DNA from: an uncultured virus (IMG/VR IMGVR_UViG_3300029305_011606)
Taxonomy: Duplodnaviria > Heunggongvirae > Uroviricota > Caudoviricetes
DNA length: 64,000 nt
IMG/VR virus record: IMGVR_UViG_3300029305_011606
Direction: 5' to 3' (one strand)
Part shown: positions 1-8,966 of the stretch, one piece after another
How the letters are laid out: every line of letters begins with the position of its first letter
How positions within the stretch are numbered: position 1 is the stretch's first letter
Translations under genes and position numbers: made by a program
The notes under the pieces: model-generated
What the model saw: the letters and a program-made list of their open reading frames with translations, nothing else
Database searches by the model: none
Told to the model about the DNA's origin: nothing

Positions 1-861
1 CTAATTCGCTTTCTCTACGGTTTCAAAGGCGGCACGAACACGATCCAGCTCTGCGCCGTCCAGCACATCGTTTTCATCAACGATCCCAAGCACACGCCCG
101 AAATGACGGATATCCATATCCTCATAGAAGGCGACATCCTCATGGTTGCGGTTGAGAGAGAACAGGCGATCCTCCCGACGTTCCTTGATCAGATACTCGC
201 CGTTGACGATGAAGATGCCAACCTCACCGATAGGCGTCTCTTCCCTCGTGTTTACAAAAACACGGCATCCGTCCGGGTAGGCAGGCTCCATGCTATCCCC
301 ATTAACCAGGATCATGCAGTCACTGTTCTGAGCGGCATGGCTGGTGCGCACGAATACATCCTCGGTTTCTACATAGTCAGGAGCCGGCGCTCCGGGTCCC
401 GCCGCCGAGGAAAGGAGCGTTAAATTGGGAATACGCTCGTGATAGCTGTACAGCATTTTGCTTTCGCTGCACTCCTGCTGGGCAAGCAGCTGATTCGTCA
501 GTGAAGAGACGATTGCCTGATTGCTGGCGCTGAGCGCGTGATAATCCGACAGCACGTCCGCGTCCTCGGCGGAAAGCGGAGAAAGCATGCAGACATCCAC
601 GCCCAAAAGGGTATGCACCGGCAGCCTGAGTGTATTGCAGAGCGCGGGAAGCACATCCAGGGTAGGACGGCTGCGTCCGTTTTCCCAGCCGCATACAGCG
701 TTGCCGGTAACGCCGACTGCTCTGGCAAGCTCCTTCTGTTCCAGATTGGCAGCCAGGCGGTAGCGACGAATGATATCACCCATCCGCAGCTTCTCGTCTT
801 CTTCGCATGAGGGATGACCGGCCTGTTTTTTCTGTGTGTCGGGGATATTGACCTTTTCCAT
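1..861 (-). CDS. XRE-family HTH + S24 peptidase (CI/LexA-like) repressor
   Basis: HTH (QKELARAVGVTGNAVCGWENG), AG site (SAAGPG), GDSM serine and LIKE lysine motifs; RBS AGGAGG upstream of the ATG at 861. Confidence 0.9.
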   Translation of the reverse strand: MEKVNIPDTQKKQAGHPSCEEDEKLRMGDIIRRYRLAANLEQKELARAVGVTGNAVCGWENGRSRPTLDVLPALCNTLRLPVHTLLGVDVCMLSPLSAEDADVLSDYHALSASNQAIVSSLTNQLLAQQECSESKMLYSYHERIPNLTLLSSAAGPGAPAPDYVETEDVFVRTSHAAQNSDCMILVNGDSMEPAYPDGCRVFVNTREETPIGEVGIFIVNGEYLIKERREDRLFSLNRNHEDVAFYEDMDIRHFGRVLGIVDENDVLDGAELDRVRAAFETVEKAN

Positions 862-945
862 AAGGACCTCCTGTATCACCGGTATCGCTTTTGTAATAAG
901 TGTGCGTGTAGAGTCATATTCTATAATGGAAGTTTTTTCACACTC

Positions 946-974
946 AGTATAACACAAGGATATTGTGCTGTCAA
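946..974 (-). promoter_or_regulatory. sigmaA promoter for the repressor
   Basis: TTGACA-17 nt-TATACT on the minus strand. Confidence 0.75.
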
Positions 975-987
975 TCGAAAATCACCG

Positions 988-1016
988 TTGTAAAGTGTAT
1001 ATATTTGTGTTATACT
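988..1016 (+). promoter_or_regulatory. sigmaA promoter for the ImmA/IrrE-like gene
   Basis: TTGTAA-17 nt-TATACT; shares the 12-mer TTGTGTTATACT with the divergent promoter. Confidence 0.65.
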
Positions 1017-1075
1017 AAATCCATCGATTTCCAGTTCTATGGAAAAGCGAGGGGTACAGATCATGCTAGGAGGAA

Positions 1076-3268
1076 ATGCCTATGCGTCAAAATACAATTG
1101 TCTGCAATGCTCTGCTCGACTATCAACTGCTGAAGGTCAAAGACAGCGACTTCCTGCAGTTGGTTTACATGCCTGTGAGCGGCGATGCAAAGATGTTTCT
1201 GGATGAGAGCCGTGTGACATGCGGTACGTGGCCTTCGGCGCAGGAATCTTCTGCCATCGCACGGTTAAATATGCCGTCAAGCGGCCTGATCCTGTTACCT
1301 GAAGCCCCGGTTAATTGTACGTCCAATGAGAGCGAAGAAGCCAATTCTCCTGAGACGATCTTTGATGAATACGAGGGTGATGTTGATGATGAGGACAATG
1401 CAGCTGCGATAAAGTCAACGAGGACTTCACAGATCCAGCCCATGCGGGATTACATTCTCCGCAACTACACGGAACGGATGCGGAAAGAACTATGCCAGCA
1501 TCTTCTATCTGGCAGACTGAGCATCAACAGCCGTGTGGTGGAGGTGTACGCGGATACCTTCAAGGTCGGAAAAATGTCGTTCTGGCGCGAGAGCACCAGG
1601 GCGTGCATGGCGTATGTGCAACTGACCGTAGATCTGGTAGAACAGGTTCGAGGGCAGGAAAGATTGGCGCGCAACAACTATGCGGCGCAGATTACCTTTG
1701 ATATGACCTGGGAGAACATCGAAACGGATGTGAGCTATGGCTATTACAGCAAGACTTCCGAGGAATACTGGGCAAAAACCATGTGGAAGCTGGATGACTA
1801 TCTGGTCCCGGTGTTCACGAAGGCCATGATCGAAGAGGAGGCATGGCTTCTCCACTGCAGGCATTTTCCGGAGCGCAGTGAAACGCCGGAAGAAATCAGG
1901 CGGGAATACGATGCCTATGAAATGGCCCGGAGAATGGGACTGGAAGTGATGTCTCTTCCGCTGAACAGCAAGAAATCTACCAAGGGTCTGCTCTTCTTTT
2001 GCGAGGACCGGGTTCAGATCGATACGGACTTGCCGGACGGGAAGAAAGGCACGGAGTGGGTGGATGTTCCCGGAGACTGTATTGTTCTCAACACCAATGC
2101 CATGCACAAGGACGAATACCAGCTGGAGGTATTCCATGAATGCATCCATTACGAGTGGCATTATATGTTCTACCGCCTGCAGGAGATGCACATCAACGAT
2201 CTGAGAAAGCTGAAAAAGACACCTATTGATAAGCAACACCAGCGACGCGCAAAGGTGTCCATCGATTACCTGGAACATCAGGCGCGTTGGGGCAGCTTTG
2301 CCCTGATGATGCCCCTTCCAGTAATGACTCCCCTGGTTGCTGACCTGATTGAGAAGTACAAGCCTTGCAGTCGCCACGCCGGCGATATGTTCTCGCGCAT
2401 CGTTCGCACGATTCACACGGATCGCAGTCACGCTATATTCCGTATCCGCGCTAGGCTGATCCAGATGGGCTATGTTGAGGCGAAAGGCGCGCTCAACTAT
2501 GTGGACGGAAAATACATTGCCCCCTTTGCTTTCTCCCGGAGGAACAGCGAAGGGAACTACACTTTTGTCATTGACCGCAAAGGGATCGCAAAGGAATATC
2601 GGGAAAATCCGGCCTTCCGTGAGCAAATTCGCACGGGACAGTATGTGTACGTGGATGGACACATCTGCGTCAACTCCCCGGAGTATGTTATGCAGACCAG
2701 CCAGGGCCCCAGGCTAACAGCATGGGCGGAGGCTCATGTGGATGAGTGCTGCCTGCGTTTCCAGAGCATCTACATCCAGAATGAGGTATCCGAGTATGAG
2801 TTTGGGCGACTGGCCTGTGACGAAGAGTATAACAAACATTACCTGAACTATGTAGACCCGGAAGGCAAACTGTCGGTGGGTGCGGCCTACCGGCAGATCC
2901 GAACCTTTTTGAACGGACTGCCCAGCGGCTTTTTTGCCGCGCTCGATTTTTTGCGGCTCGAAAAGAAGATGACGCAGGAAAAGCTGGAAGAGGTGTCGGG
3001 TGTATCCGCAAAGAAGATCGCCCGCGAAAGAAAGAAGACCAAGTGGAGCCTGAGTCGAGATGAGGTCATTGGCCTGTGCATCGGCTTGAATATGCCGCCG
3101 TGGTTATCCCAGGAGATGCTGAAGCGAGCTCATATTGCGTTGGATGATAAAGACCCGACCGACATGATGTACAGCATGATCCTGGAGCTACACTTCATGG
3201 ACAAGATCACGGATATACAGCAGCTTTTGAGAAGCGAAGGCTGTGAAGAGTTAGAACTGGCCTGTTGA
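1076..3268 (+). CDS. Large ImmA/IrrE-like metallopeptidase with C-terminal HTH
   Basis: HExxH (FHECIH) plus downstream E (LEHQA); C-terminal XRE-like HTH (MTQEKLEEVSGVS); RBS AGGAGGA. Confidence 0.75.
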   Translation: MPMRQNTIVCNALLDYQLLKVKDSDFLQLVYMPVSGDAKMFLDESRVTCGTWPSAQESSAIARLNMPSSGLILLPEAPVNCTSNESEEANSPETIFDEYEGDVDDEDNAAAIKSTRTSQIQPMRDYILRNYTERMRKELCQHLLSGRLSINSRVVEVYADTFKVGKMSFWRESTRACMAYVQLTVDLVEQVRGQERLARNNYAAQITFDMTWENIETDVSYGYYSKTSEEYWAKTMWKLDDYLVPVFTKAMIEEEAWLLHCRHFPERSETPEEIRREYDAYEMARRMGLEVMSLPLNSKKSTKGLLFFCEDRVQIDTDLPDGKKGTEWVDVPGDCIVLNTNAMHKDEYQLEVFHECIHYEWHYMFYRLQEMHINDLRKLKKTPIDKQHQRRAKVSIDYLEHQARWGSFALMMPLPVMTPLVADLIEKYKPCSRHAGDMFSRIVRTIHTDRSHAIFRIRARLIQMGYVEAKGALNYVDGKYIAPFAFSRRNSEGNYTFVIDRKGIAKEYRENPAFREQIRTGQYVYVDGHICVNSPEYVMQTSQGPRLTAWAEAHVDECCLRFQSIYIQNEVSEYEFGRLACDEEYNKHYLNYVDPEGKLSVGAAYRQIRTFLNGLPSGFFAALDFLRLEKKMTQEKLEEVSGVSAKKIARERKKTKWSLSRDEVIGLCIGLNMPPWLSQEMLKRAHIALDDKDPTDMMYSMILELHFMDKITDIQQLLRSEGCEELELAC

Positions 3269-3280
3269 AACAGTCCACCA

Positions 3281-3333
3281 AGCCCGCCAAGGATGGTCGT
3301 AATGATCGTCCCTGGCGGGCTTTTTTCTTTTTT
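3281..3333 (+). terminator. Rho-independent terminator
   Basis: AGCCCGCCA...TGGCGGGCT stem followed by a long T tract. Confidence 0.8.
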
Positions 3334-3343
3334 CAAAATGTCA

Positions 3344-3363
3344 ATTGGACAAAAGTGTCCAAT
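3344..3363. promoter_or_regulatory. Candidate operator (inverted repeat)
   Basis: ATTGGACA-AAAG-TGTCCAAT, perfect 8-bp arms upstream of the early operon. Confidence 0.45.
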
Positions 3364-3727
3364 GAAAAGGGCGAGAAATGAAGCGAAAAATGAACTGCAT
3401 TTCATATTTTGGAGAGAAAATAGTCGTATACGATAGAAATATGCTTCAAAATGCAAGTGAATACGGAAATGCCTGGCAAAATTTTCAGACAGTTTTGGGA
3501 TGGAGTTATCTGACTTCCACTGATATCATTATACCCGTGAGGTGGCCACCACACAAAACTCGAACGGTAAGGAATCCGCAGGAGGAAACGCTCCCAGCAG
3601 AGGATGGCTCAGAGGTGAGCCAAAGTCCAACGCAATAGCTATAGGTCTGCCTGTATCCCAGGTCTGCCTATGCCACAAGGAGCCCACGCTGCAGCCGTTC
3701 AGATTTCAGTGTGGGAGGTCATTTTTT

Positions 3728-4120
3728 ATGACGATCAATTCTTTCTTCGGCGTGCAGTTCACCCGTTCCGGCTGGAAGCAGTTCTGCCAGGCCAACCGTT
3801 CCCTCGGCTCCCGTTTCATCCGTGCCTTCGTCCTGAAGCACGAGCTGGCTGTCTATCTGTCGGCGCACGAAGCCGCTGGCATCCGCATGGATACCGACTG
3901 CCAGGAGATCCGCTACGATGATGGCGTTTACCTCCTGCTGCGCAAGATGCAGGGTGAGTGGTACATCACCGATGTGATCCTCTCCAGTGCGCCCGATACC
4001 TTCCTGCCTGTCTACACGGTGCGGAACATTCTGCGCGGCTTCATGTCCGTTATTGCACTGGTGTTCACCGGCTGGCGGCATCAGGTCGGAAGGTCCGACA
4101 AAAAGGCGGTGATCGTGTGA
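3728..4120 (+). CDS. Hypothetical protein
   Basis: RBS GGGAGG before ATG 3728; coding-like codon usage. Confidence 0.7.
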   Translation: MTINSFFGVQFTRSGWKQFCQANRSLGSRFIRAFVLKHELAVYLSAHEAAGIRMDTDCQEIRYDDGVYLLLRKMQGEWYITDVILSSAPDTFLPVYTVRNILRGFMSVIALVFTGWRHQVGRSDKKAVIV

Positions 4121-4425
4121 GCAGGAAGAAACCGTACCCGGATACTTACCTGAACGATACCGTTCCCCAGTTCTGCAAGGAGTGCGCCAAGTACGCACAC
4201 TGCGATCTGTGCCACGATGAGCAGCTCCGGGAACGCTGTCCGCTGCTTAAGGAGGACATTCCGCTTTTCTATAAGAACAGCGAAGGTTACGCCGATCCCA
4301 CAACCTTTTTCGCGCTGAGAAATGTAGAACGTGAGCAGAAGCGCAAGGCGCAGAAAGCCAAGTCCAGGCAGGATAAGCCCAGTAAACCCAAGCCACGTCA
4401 TGATACCCAAGTCATCCATTATTGA
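4117..4425 (+). CDS. Hypothetical Cys-rich protein
   Basis: GTGA overlap with upstream gene; CxxC..CxxC; NSEGYADPT motif. Confidence 0.65.
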   Translation: MSRKKPYPDTYLNDTVPQFCKECAKYAHCDLCHDEQLRERCPLLKEDIPLFYKNSEGYADPTTFFALRNVEREQKRKAQKAKSRQDKPSKPKPRHDTQVIHY

Positions 4426-4441
4426 GAAGGAGGACAAACCT

Positions 4442-5722
4442 ATGAATCCCCACCTGCATTGTGTTACGGCTGAGTCCGTCCGCCGTGGTCACCCCGACAA
4501 GCTCTGCGATCAGATCGCTGACAGCATTCTCGACGCCTTCCTCAAGGAAGATCCCAACTCCCGTGTGGCCATTGAGGTAATGGCTTCGGACGGCGAGATG
4601 ATGGTCGCCGGCGAGATCGCCTCGAACGCCAACGTTTCCATTCCGCCCATCATCAAGAGCGTCATTGATAACATTGGCTACCAGCCCAATGACCTCGGCC
4701 CTGAAGGTCATATCGATGTGCATGTGAATATCAACGACCAGTCCCCGGACATCGCCCAGGCAGTCGCTAGGGATGGCAAAGACATCGGCGCCGGCGATCA
4801 GGGCATCGTCGTGGGCTATGCCACAGACGAAACGCCGGAGATGCTGCCCCTGCCCGTGATTCTCGCTCATCGCATCTGCAACCACCTGGACATTATGTTC
4901 GGAGCGGTGCGGATGGAGGAAAAAGGCGAACCGATGGGTGCGGAGGATTATAAGGGCCTTGGTGCGGACGGTAAAGCCCAGGTCACCGTTCTGTACAACG
5001 GAAGTGAACCTGTTGCCATCTCCACTGTGGTCGTATCCTTCCAGCACGACAAGGATGCTGATCTGAAGAAGCTCAAGGACACCGTGCGCGATCATCTGAC
5101 GCATGTGCTTCTGCCACAGAAGCTGCTGCGTCCCAGCACTCGTATCCTCATCAATCCCTCCGGGCGCTTTGTCAAGGGCGGTCCCTCCGCAGATACCGGT
5201 CTGACGGGCCGCAAGCTGGCGGTTGACCTGTATGGCCCGGTGGCGCACATCGGCGGCGGCGCTCTGTCCGGAAAGGACGCCACCAAGACCGACCGCAGCG
5301 GTGCATATGCGGCGCGCTGGGTAGCCAAGTGTATCGTAGCTTCCGGCCTTGCCCAGAAGTGCGAGGTGCAGATCGCTTATGCCATCGGCAGGAGCAAGCC
5401 AGTCAGCGTGGACATCGACACCTTCGGTACCGGCATCCTGCCCGACTATGTGATCGAGAAAGCTGTGTCCGAGGTATTCGACCTCCGCCCGGCCGCAATC
5501 ATCGACGCGCTGAAGCTGCGCAATCCCATCTACAGCAAGACCTCCGTGTACGGCCATTTCGGTGACAATACCCTGCCCTGGGAGAACACCAAGAAGCGCC
5601 GGGAGCTGATCGCCACAGCCATTCGCCAGAATACCATCATCAATGCTGCCGTGGACGAAGCGGAGAAGCGTGTTGCACAGGCTGACGCTACTGTCGGCAC
5701 CTGTTCCTGCCAGAACCACTGA
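4442..5722 (+). CDS. metK: S-adenosylmethionine synthetase
   Basis: ESV..GHPDK, GAGDQG, GLTGRK, GGGALSGKD, DRSGAY, YGHFG motifs; RBS AGGAGG. Confidence 0.96.
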   Translation: MNPHLHCVTAESVRRGHPDKLCDQIADSILDAFLKEDPNSRVAIEVMASDGEMMVAGEIASNANVSIPPIIKSVIDNIGYQPNDLGPEGHIDVHVNINDQSPDIAQAVARDGKDIGAGDQGIVVGYATDETPEMLPLPVILAHRICNHLDIMFGAVRMEEKGEPMGAEDYKGLGADGKAQVTVLYNGSEPVAISTVVVSFQHDKDADLKKLKDTVRDHLTHVLLPQKLLRPSTRILINPSGRFVKGGPSADTGLTGRKLAVDLYGPVAHIGGGALSGKDATKTDRSGAYAARWVAKCIVASGLAQKCEVQIAYAIGRSKPVSVDIDTFGTGILPDYVIEKAVSEVFDLRPAAIIDALKLRNPIYSKTSVYGHFGDNTLPWENTKKRRELIATAIRQNTIINAAVDEAEKRVAQADATVGTCSCQNH

Positions 5723-5748
5723 CTCCCCGACAAGGAAAGGAGAAGCCA

Positions 5749-6171
5749 ATGACTATGGAAATCAAGATGCTCAAGGCGATCGCAGACGCAGCTTTGGAAA
5801 TGGCAATGGCCATGCAGGCAGTCGTCGATGACTGCGCAGAACAGCTGGCGAAACGTAAGGCCGCTGGTGAGGCGGAAAGCGCGATCTGGGAAGAGCCCTT
5901 CGCCAAGGCCGGCCAGAAGGCTGAAAGCGGCCACGAGGGCAACCAGGAGGCGCATGTTGCGCTGGAATCGAGCACCAGTACGCCGAGCCAGTCCTCGGAG
6001 CCGCCTCTGACCATCGTTGAACTCCGCGCTTTTGTTGCGGAGAAGTCCACCCCGGAGAACCGCCCGGTCATTAAGGAAATTCTTACCCAGCACGGCGTGA
6101 AGAAGCTGACCGAGTTGAAGGAAAACCAGTACCGCTCCGTACTGGAAGCGGTAAGAAAGGCTTGTAAGTGA
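5749..6171 (+). CDS. Phage hypothetical protein typical of DUF2800-DUF2815-polA modules
   Basis: C-terminal LRAFV...ILTQHGVKKLTELKENQY pattern; position before DUF2800. Confidence 0.7.
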   Translation: MTMEIKMLKAIADAALEMAMAMQAVVDDCAEQLAKRKAAGEAESAIWEEPFAKAGQKAESGHEGNQEAHVALESSTSTPSQSSEPPLTIVELRAFVAEKSTPENRPVIKEILTQHGVKKLTELKENQYRSVLEAVRKACK

Positions 6172-7349
6172 GTAATACCCAGAATGCCAATCAGGTCGAG
6201 CATGGCTCTCGTGCCCATGCCCGGCTGAATGCTTCGTCCTCCCACCGCTGGCTGATGTGTCCGCCTTCTGTGAAGCTCTCCGAGCAGTTTGCGGACACCA
6301 CGACCACGGCTGCGGAGGAAGGCACCTTCATGCACGAGCTGTGTGAGCTGAAGCTCCACAGGTATCTGGGCGACATGACCGCCGAGGCCATCGAAGCCCA
6401 GTACGTCGAACACCGTGACAACGAATACTACTCTGACGAAGCCGAACAGCTGACGGACGAGTATGTTGCCTACTGCATCGAGGTCATCGAGGCTGTGCGC
6501 CTTTCCTGTCCCGATCCGCTGATCCTGGTCGAGCATCGCATCGACTACAGCGAATATGTGCCGGAGGGCTACGGCACCGGCGACCTCATCATCGTGGCCG
6601 ATGGCATCATCGATGTGATCGACTTCAAATCCGGGCGAGGCAGAGTCGATGCCCACCAGAATACCCAGCTCATGCTGTACGGCCTGGGCGCGCTGCTGGA
6701 GTTCGATCCGCTGTACGACATCCACACCGTGCGCATGACCATCGTCCAGCCGAGACTCAGCAACACCTCCACATTTGAGATGGAGGCGGACGCCCTCATC
6801 ATCTGGGCGGAAAAAGAAGCTCGTCCCAAGGCGCTGCTGGCTTTCCGGGGCGAGGGCGAATTCTGTGCGGGCGAATGGTGTCGCTTTTGCAAAGCTCGCT
6901 ACACTTGTCGCAAGCGCAGCGAGTACCACATGAAGCTGGCCGAGCGCGACTTCAAGCAGCCCGACCTTCTGACCGATGAGGAGCTTCTGGACATTCTGCC
7001 CATTGCAGATAGCCTGTCAAGCTGGGTGGAGGACATCATTGCCTACGCCACACAGCGGGCTGTCGGCGGTAAGGAGTGGCCCGGCTACAAGCTGGTAGCT
7101 GCGCGGAGCAACCGCAAGTACACCAGTGAGGTGGAAGTCATCCGGGCTGCCACGGAAGCGGGCTACACCGACATCTACAAGACCAGTCTGCTGGGTGTGG
7201 GCGATCTGGAGAAGCGCATGGGCAAGAAGAAGTTCAAGGAGATCGTCGGCAAGTTTGTGGTCAAGCCCCAGGGCGCGCCACAGCTTGTGCCGGAATCCGA
7301 TCCCCGGAAGCCCTATACTGACGCGACGAGTGATTTCGCTGATAACTAA
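6168..7349 (+). CDS. DUF2800 family PD-(D/E)XK nuclease
   Basis: HARLNASSSHRWLMCPPS, GTGD, IDFKSG, QLMLY, WCRFC. Confidence 0.88.
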   Translation: MSNTQNANQVEHGSRAHARLNASSSHRWLMCPPSVKLSEQFADTTTTAAEEGTFMHELCELKLHRYLGDMTAEAIEAQYVEHRDNEYYSDEAEQLTDEYVAYCIEVIEAVRLSCPDPLILVEHRIDYSEYVPEGYGTGDLIIVADGIIDVIDFKSGRGRVDAHQNTQLMLYGLGALLEFDPLYDIHTVRMTIVQPRLSNTSTFEMEADALIIWAEKEARPKALLAFRGEGEFCAGEWCRFCKARYTCRKRSEYHMKLAERDFKQPDLLTDEELLDILPIADSLSSWVEDIIAYATQRAVGGKEWPGYKLVAARSNRKYTSEVEVIRAATEAGYTDIYKTSLLGVGDLEKRMGKKKFKEIVGKFVVKPQGAPQLVPESDPRKPYTDATSDFADN

Positions 7350-7384
7350 CGACCGTGCCCACTACGGGCGGAAAGGACTACATT

Positions 7385-7927
7385 ATGGCTACCAAGGTTA
7401 TCACCGGCAAGTGCCGGGCCTCCTTCGTGCATGTGTTTGAGCCGCAGAGCGTAAACGGCTCCGAACCCAAGTACAGCATTTCCCTGATCATCCCCAAGTC
7501 CGATACCGAAACCCTGAACAGCATCCGTGCCGCCATCGAGGAAGCCAAGCAGAATGGAGCGACCAGCAAGTGGGGCGGCAAGATTCCGCCCAATCTGAAG
7601 ATGCCGCTGCGTGACGGCGATGTGGATCGCCCGGACGACGACGCCTATGCCAATGCCTACTTCATCAACGCCAACAGCAACGAGAAGCCGGGCATTGTGG
7701 ACCGCAAGCGCATCCCGATCACCGATCCGCTGGCCATCTACTCCGGCTGTTATGTCCGGGCTTCCATCAATTTCTATCCCTTCAACTCCAACGGCAATAA
7801 GGGCATCTCTGCCGGCCTGGCCAACATCCAGTTCTGGTGCGACGGCGAGCCCTTGAATGGTCGCGTCCGTGCCGAGGATGAGTTCGATGCGCTGGACGCC
7901 GAGGATGAGGACGATTTCCTCGACTAA
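7385..7927 (+). CDS. DUF2815 family ssDNA-binding protein
   Basis: KYSISLIIPK, PLRDGD, YSGCY, NGNKGI, acidic tail. Confidence 0.9.
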   Translation: MATKVITGKCRASFVHVFEPQSVNGSEPKYSISLIIPKSDTETLNSIRAAIEEAKQNGATSKWGGKIPPNLKMPLRDGDVDRPDDDAYANAYFINANSNEKPGIVDRKRIPITDPLAIYSGCYVRASINFYPFNSNGNKGISAGLANIQFWCDGEPLNGRVRAEDEFDALDAEDEDDFLD

Positions 7928-7937
7928 GAAAGAAAAT

Positions 7938-7967
7938 GCCGCCCGTTGCTGAAAAGCGCGGGCGGTA
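7938..7967. terminator. Hairpin terminator between convergent genes
   Basis: CCGCCCG..GCTGAAAAGC..CGGGCGG stem preceded by an A tract. Confidence 0.6.
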
Positions 7968-7981
7968 ATCTCCAAATGGAA

Positions 7982-8230
7982 TTATTTGATTTCCTGCTCC
8001 AGATCATCGAACAGCGGACTATCGAAGAACTGCCTCACGCTGATCTCGAAGCCATCACACAGCTTCTTGATGGTTGTTACCTTCGCTGTGGTCGAGACTC
8101 CGTTTACCAGATCGCTGATCGTGGACTGCGTGATGCCGGAGATGGTGCTGATCTTGTTGATTGTCACATGGTGCTCATCGCAGAGTTCGTATATGCGTTT
8201 GACTACAGCTTCTGAAACTGTCATACTCAT
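7982..8230 (-). CDS. Small XRE-family transcriptional regulator
   Basis: HTH_3 pattern (TINKISTISGITQSTISDL...TIKKLCDGF...FF); RBS GGAGGA. Confidence 0.85.
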   Translation of the reverse strand: MSMTVSEAVVKRIYELCDEHHVTINKISTISGITQSTISDLVNGVSTTAKVTTIKKLCDGFEISVRQFFDSPLFDDLEQEIK

Positions 8231-8242
8231 TCCTCCAAAGTC

Positions 8243-8345
8243 ATCGGTATACCGTTAATAAAATGTTATCAGCTTGCCGGTGAAAAGTTTAACGGTGCGC
8301 CGTTGACTTTCGTGGAGGCGTATCATAAACTAACGGTACACCGTT
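8243..8345. promoter_or_regulatory. Three palindromic operators (AACGGT-N2-ACCGTT) flanking a TTGACT-17-TAAACT promoter
   Basis: ATCGGTATACCGTT 8243-8256, AACGGTGCGCCGTT 8291-8304, AACGGTACACCGTT 8332-8345; -35 at 8303, -10 at 8326. Confidence 0.75.
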
Positions 8346-8362
8346 GACAAAGGAGGAGTGTT

Positions 8363-8893
8363 ATGACGCATCTAAAATCACTCGCTTTCACTGGTCATAG
8401 AATGGAGAAGCTGCCGTTCACAGAAAATAGCCCTGGCGGCGTTTGGCTGAAGCAAGCTATGCTGGATGTGGTGCTGGAAAAAGCTGCTTCTGGCTATGCT
8501 ATTTTCCTTTCTGGTTATGCCTATGGATGCGACCTGTTCTTTGCCGAGGCTGTGCTGACTGCCAAGCGGACATACCCCGATATCCAACTGATCGCCTGTG
8601 TTCCTTTTCCGGGACAGGCAAGAAGCTGGAGCGAGGATTGGAAGAAGCGATACGCTGAGCTGCTCCGAAGGGCAGACGCCAAGGTACAGCTTTTCGACCA
8701 CTACACCAGAGGGTGCTTCCTTGCCAGGGATCGCTACATGGTGGATGCGTCCACCGAGGTTCTTGCCGCCTACAACGGAAAGCATGAGGGCGGAACCTTC
8801 TACACCATGAAGTATGCCTACAGCAAAGGCAAAGCAATCACGATTCTGGACGTGAACACACTGACACAGAAGCTCATCCCGCCGAAGGGATGA
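8363..8893 (+). CDS. SLOG family protein (YspA/DUF1273-like)
   Basis: AFTGHR, SGYAYGCD, RDRYMVD, GGTFYT motifs. Confidence 0.85.
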   Translation: MTHLKSLAFTGHRMEKLPFTENSPGGVWLKQAMLDVVLEKAASGYAIFLSGYAYGCDLFFAEAVLTAKRTYPDIQLIACVPFPGQARSWSEDWKKRYAELLRRADAKVQLFDHYTRGCFLARDRYMVDASTEVLAAYNGKHEGGTFYTMKYAYSKGKAITILDVNTLTQKLIPPKG

Positions 8894-8966
8894 TGACCAT
8901 AACACACTATGGGGCGCGCTTGAATGCTGCGCTCCTTTATTATTCCTCAAAAGGAGGGCGAACCAC

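Noticed and set aside
3549..3714. SAM riboswitch upstream of metK
   Set aside because: Lacks the SAM-I AUC..GAG..GCAAC..GUGC core and the SMK-box 3' consensus, and is two genes away from metK; kept only as an unassigned structured leader
6168..7349. Cas4 indicating a CRISPR system
   Set aside because: Standard phage DUF2800 nuclease in the DUF2800-DUF2815-polA module; no array or other cas genes seen
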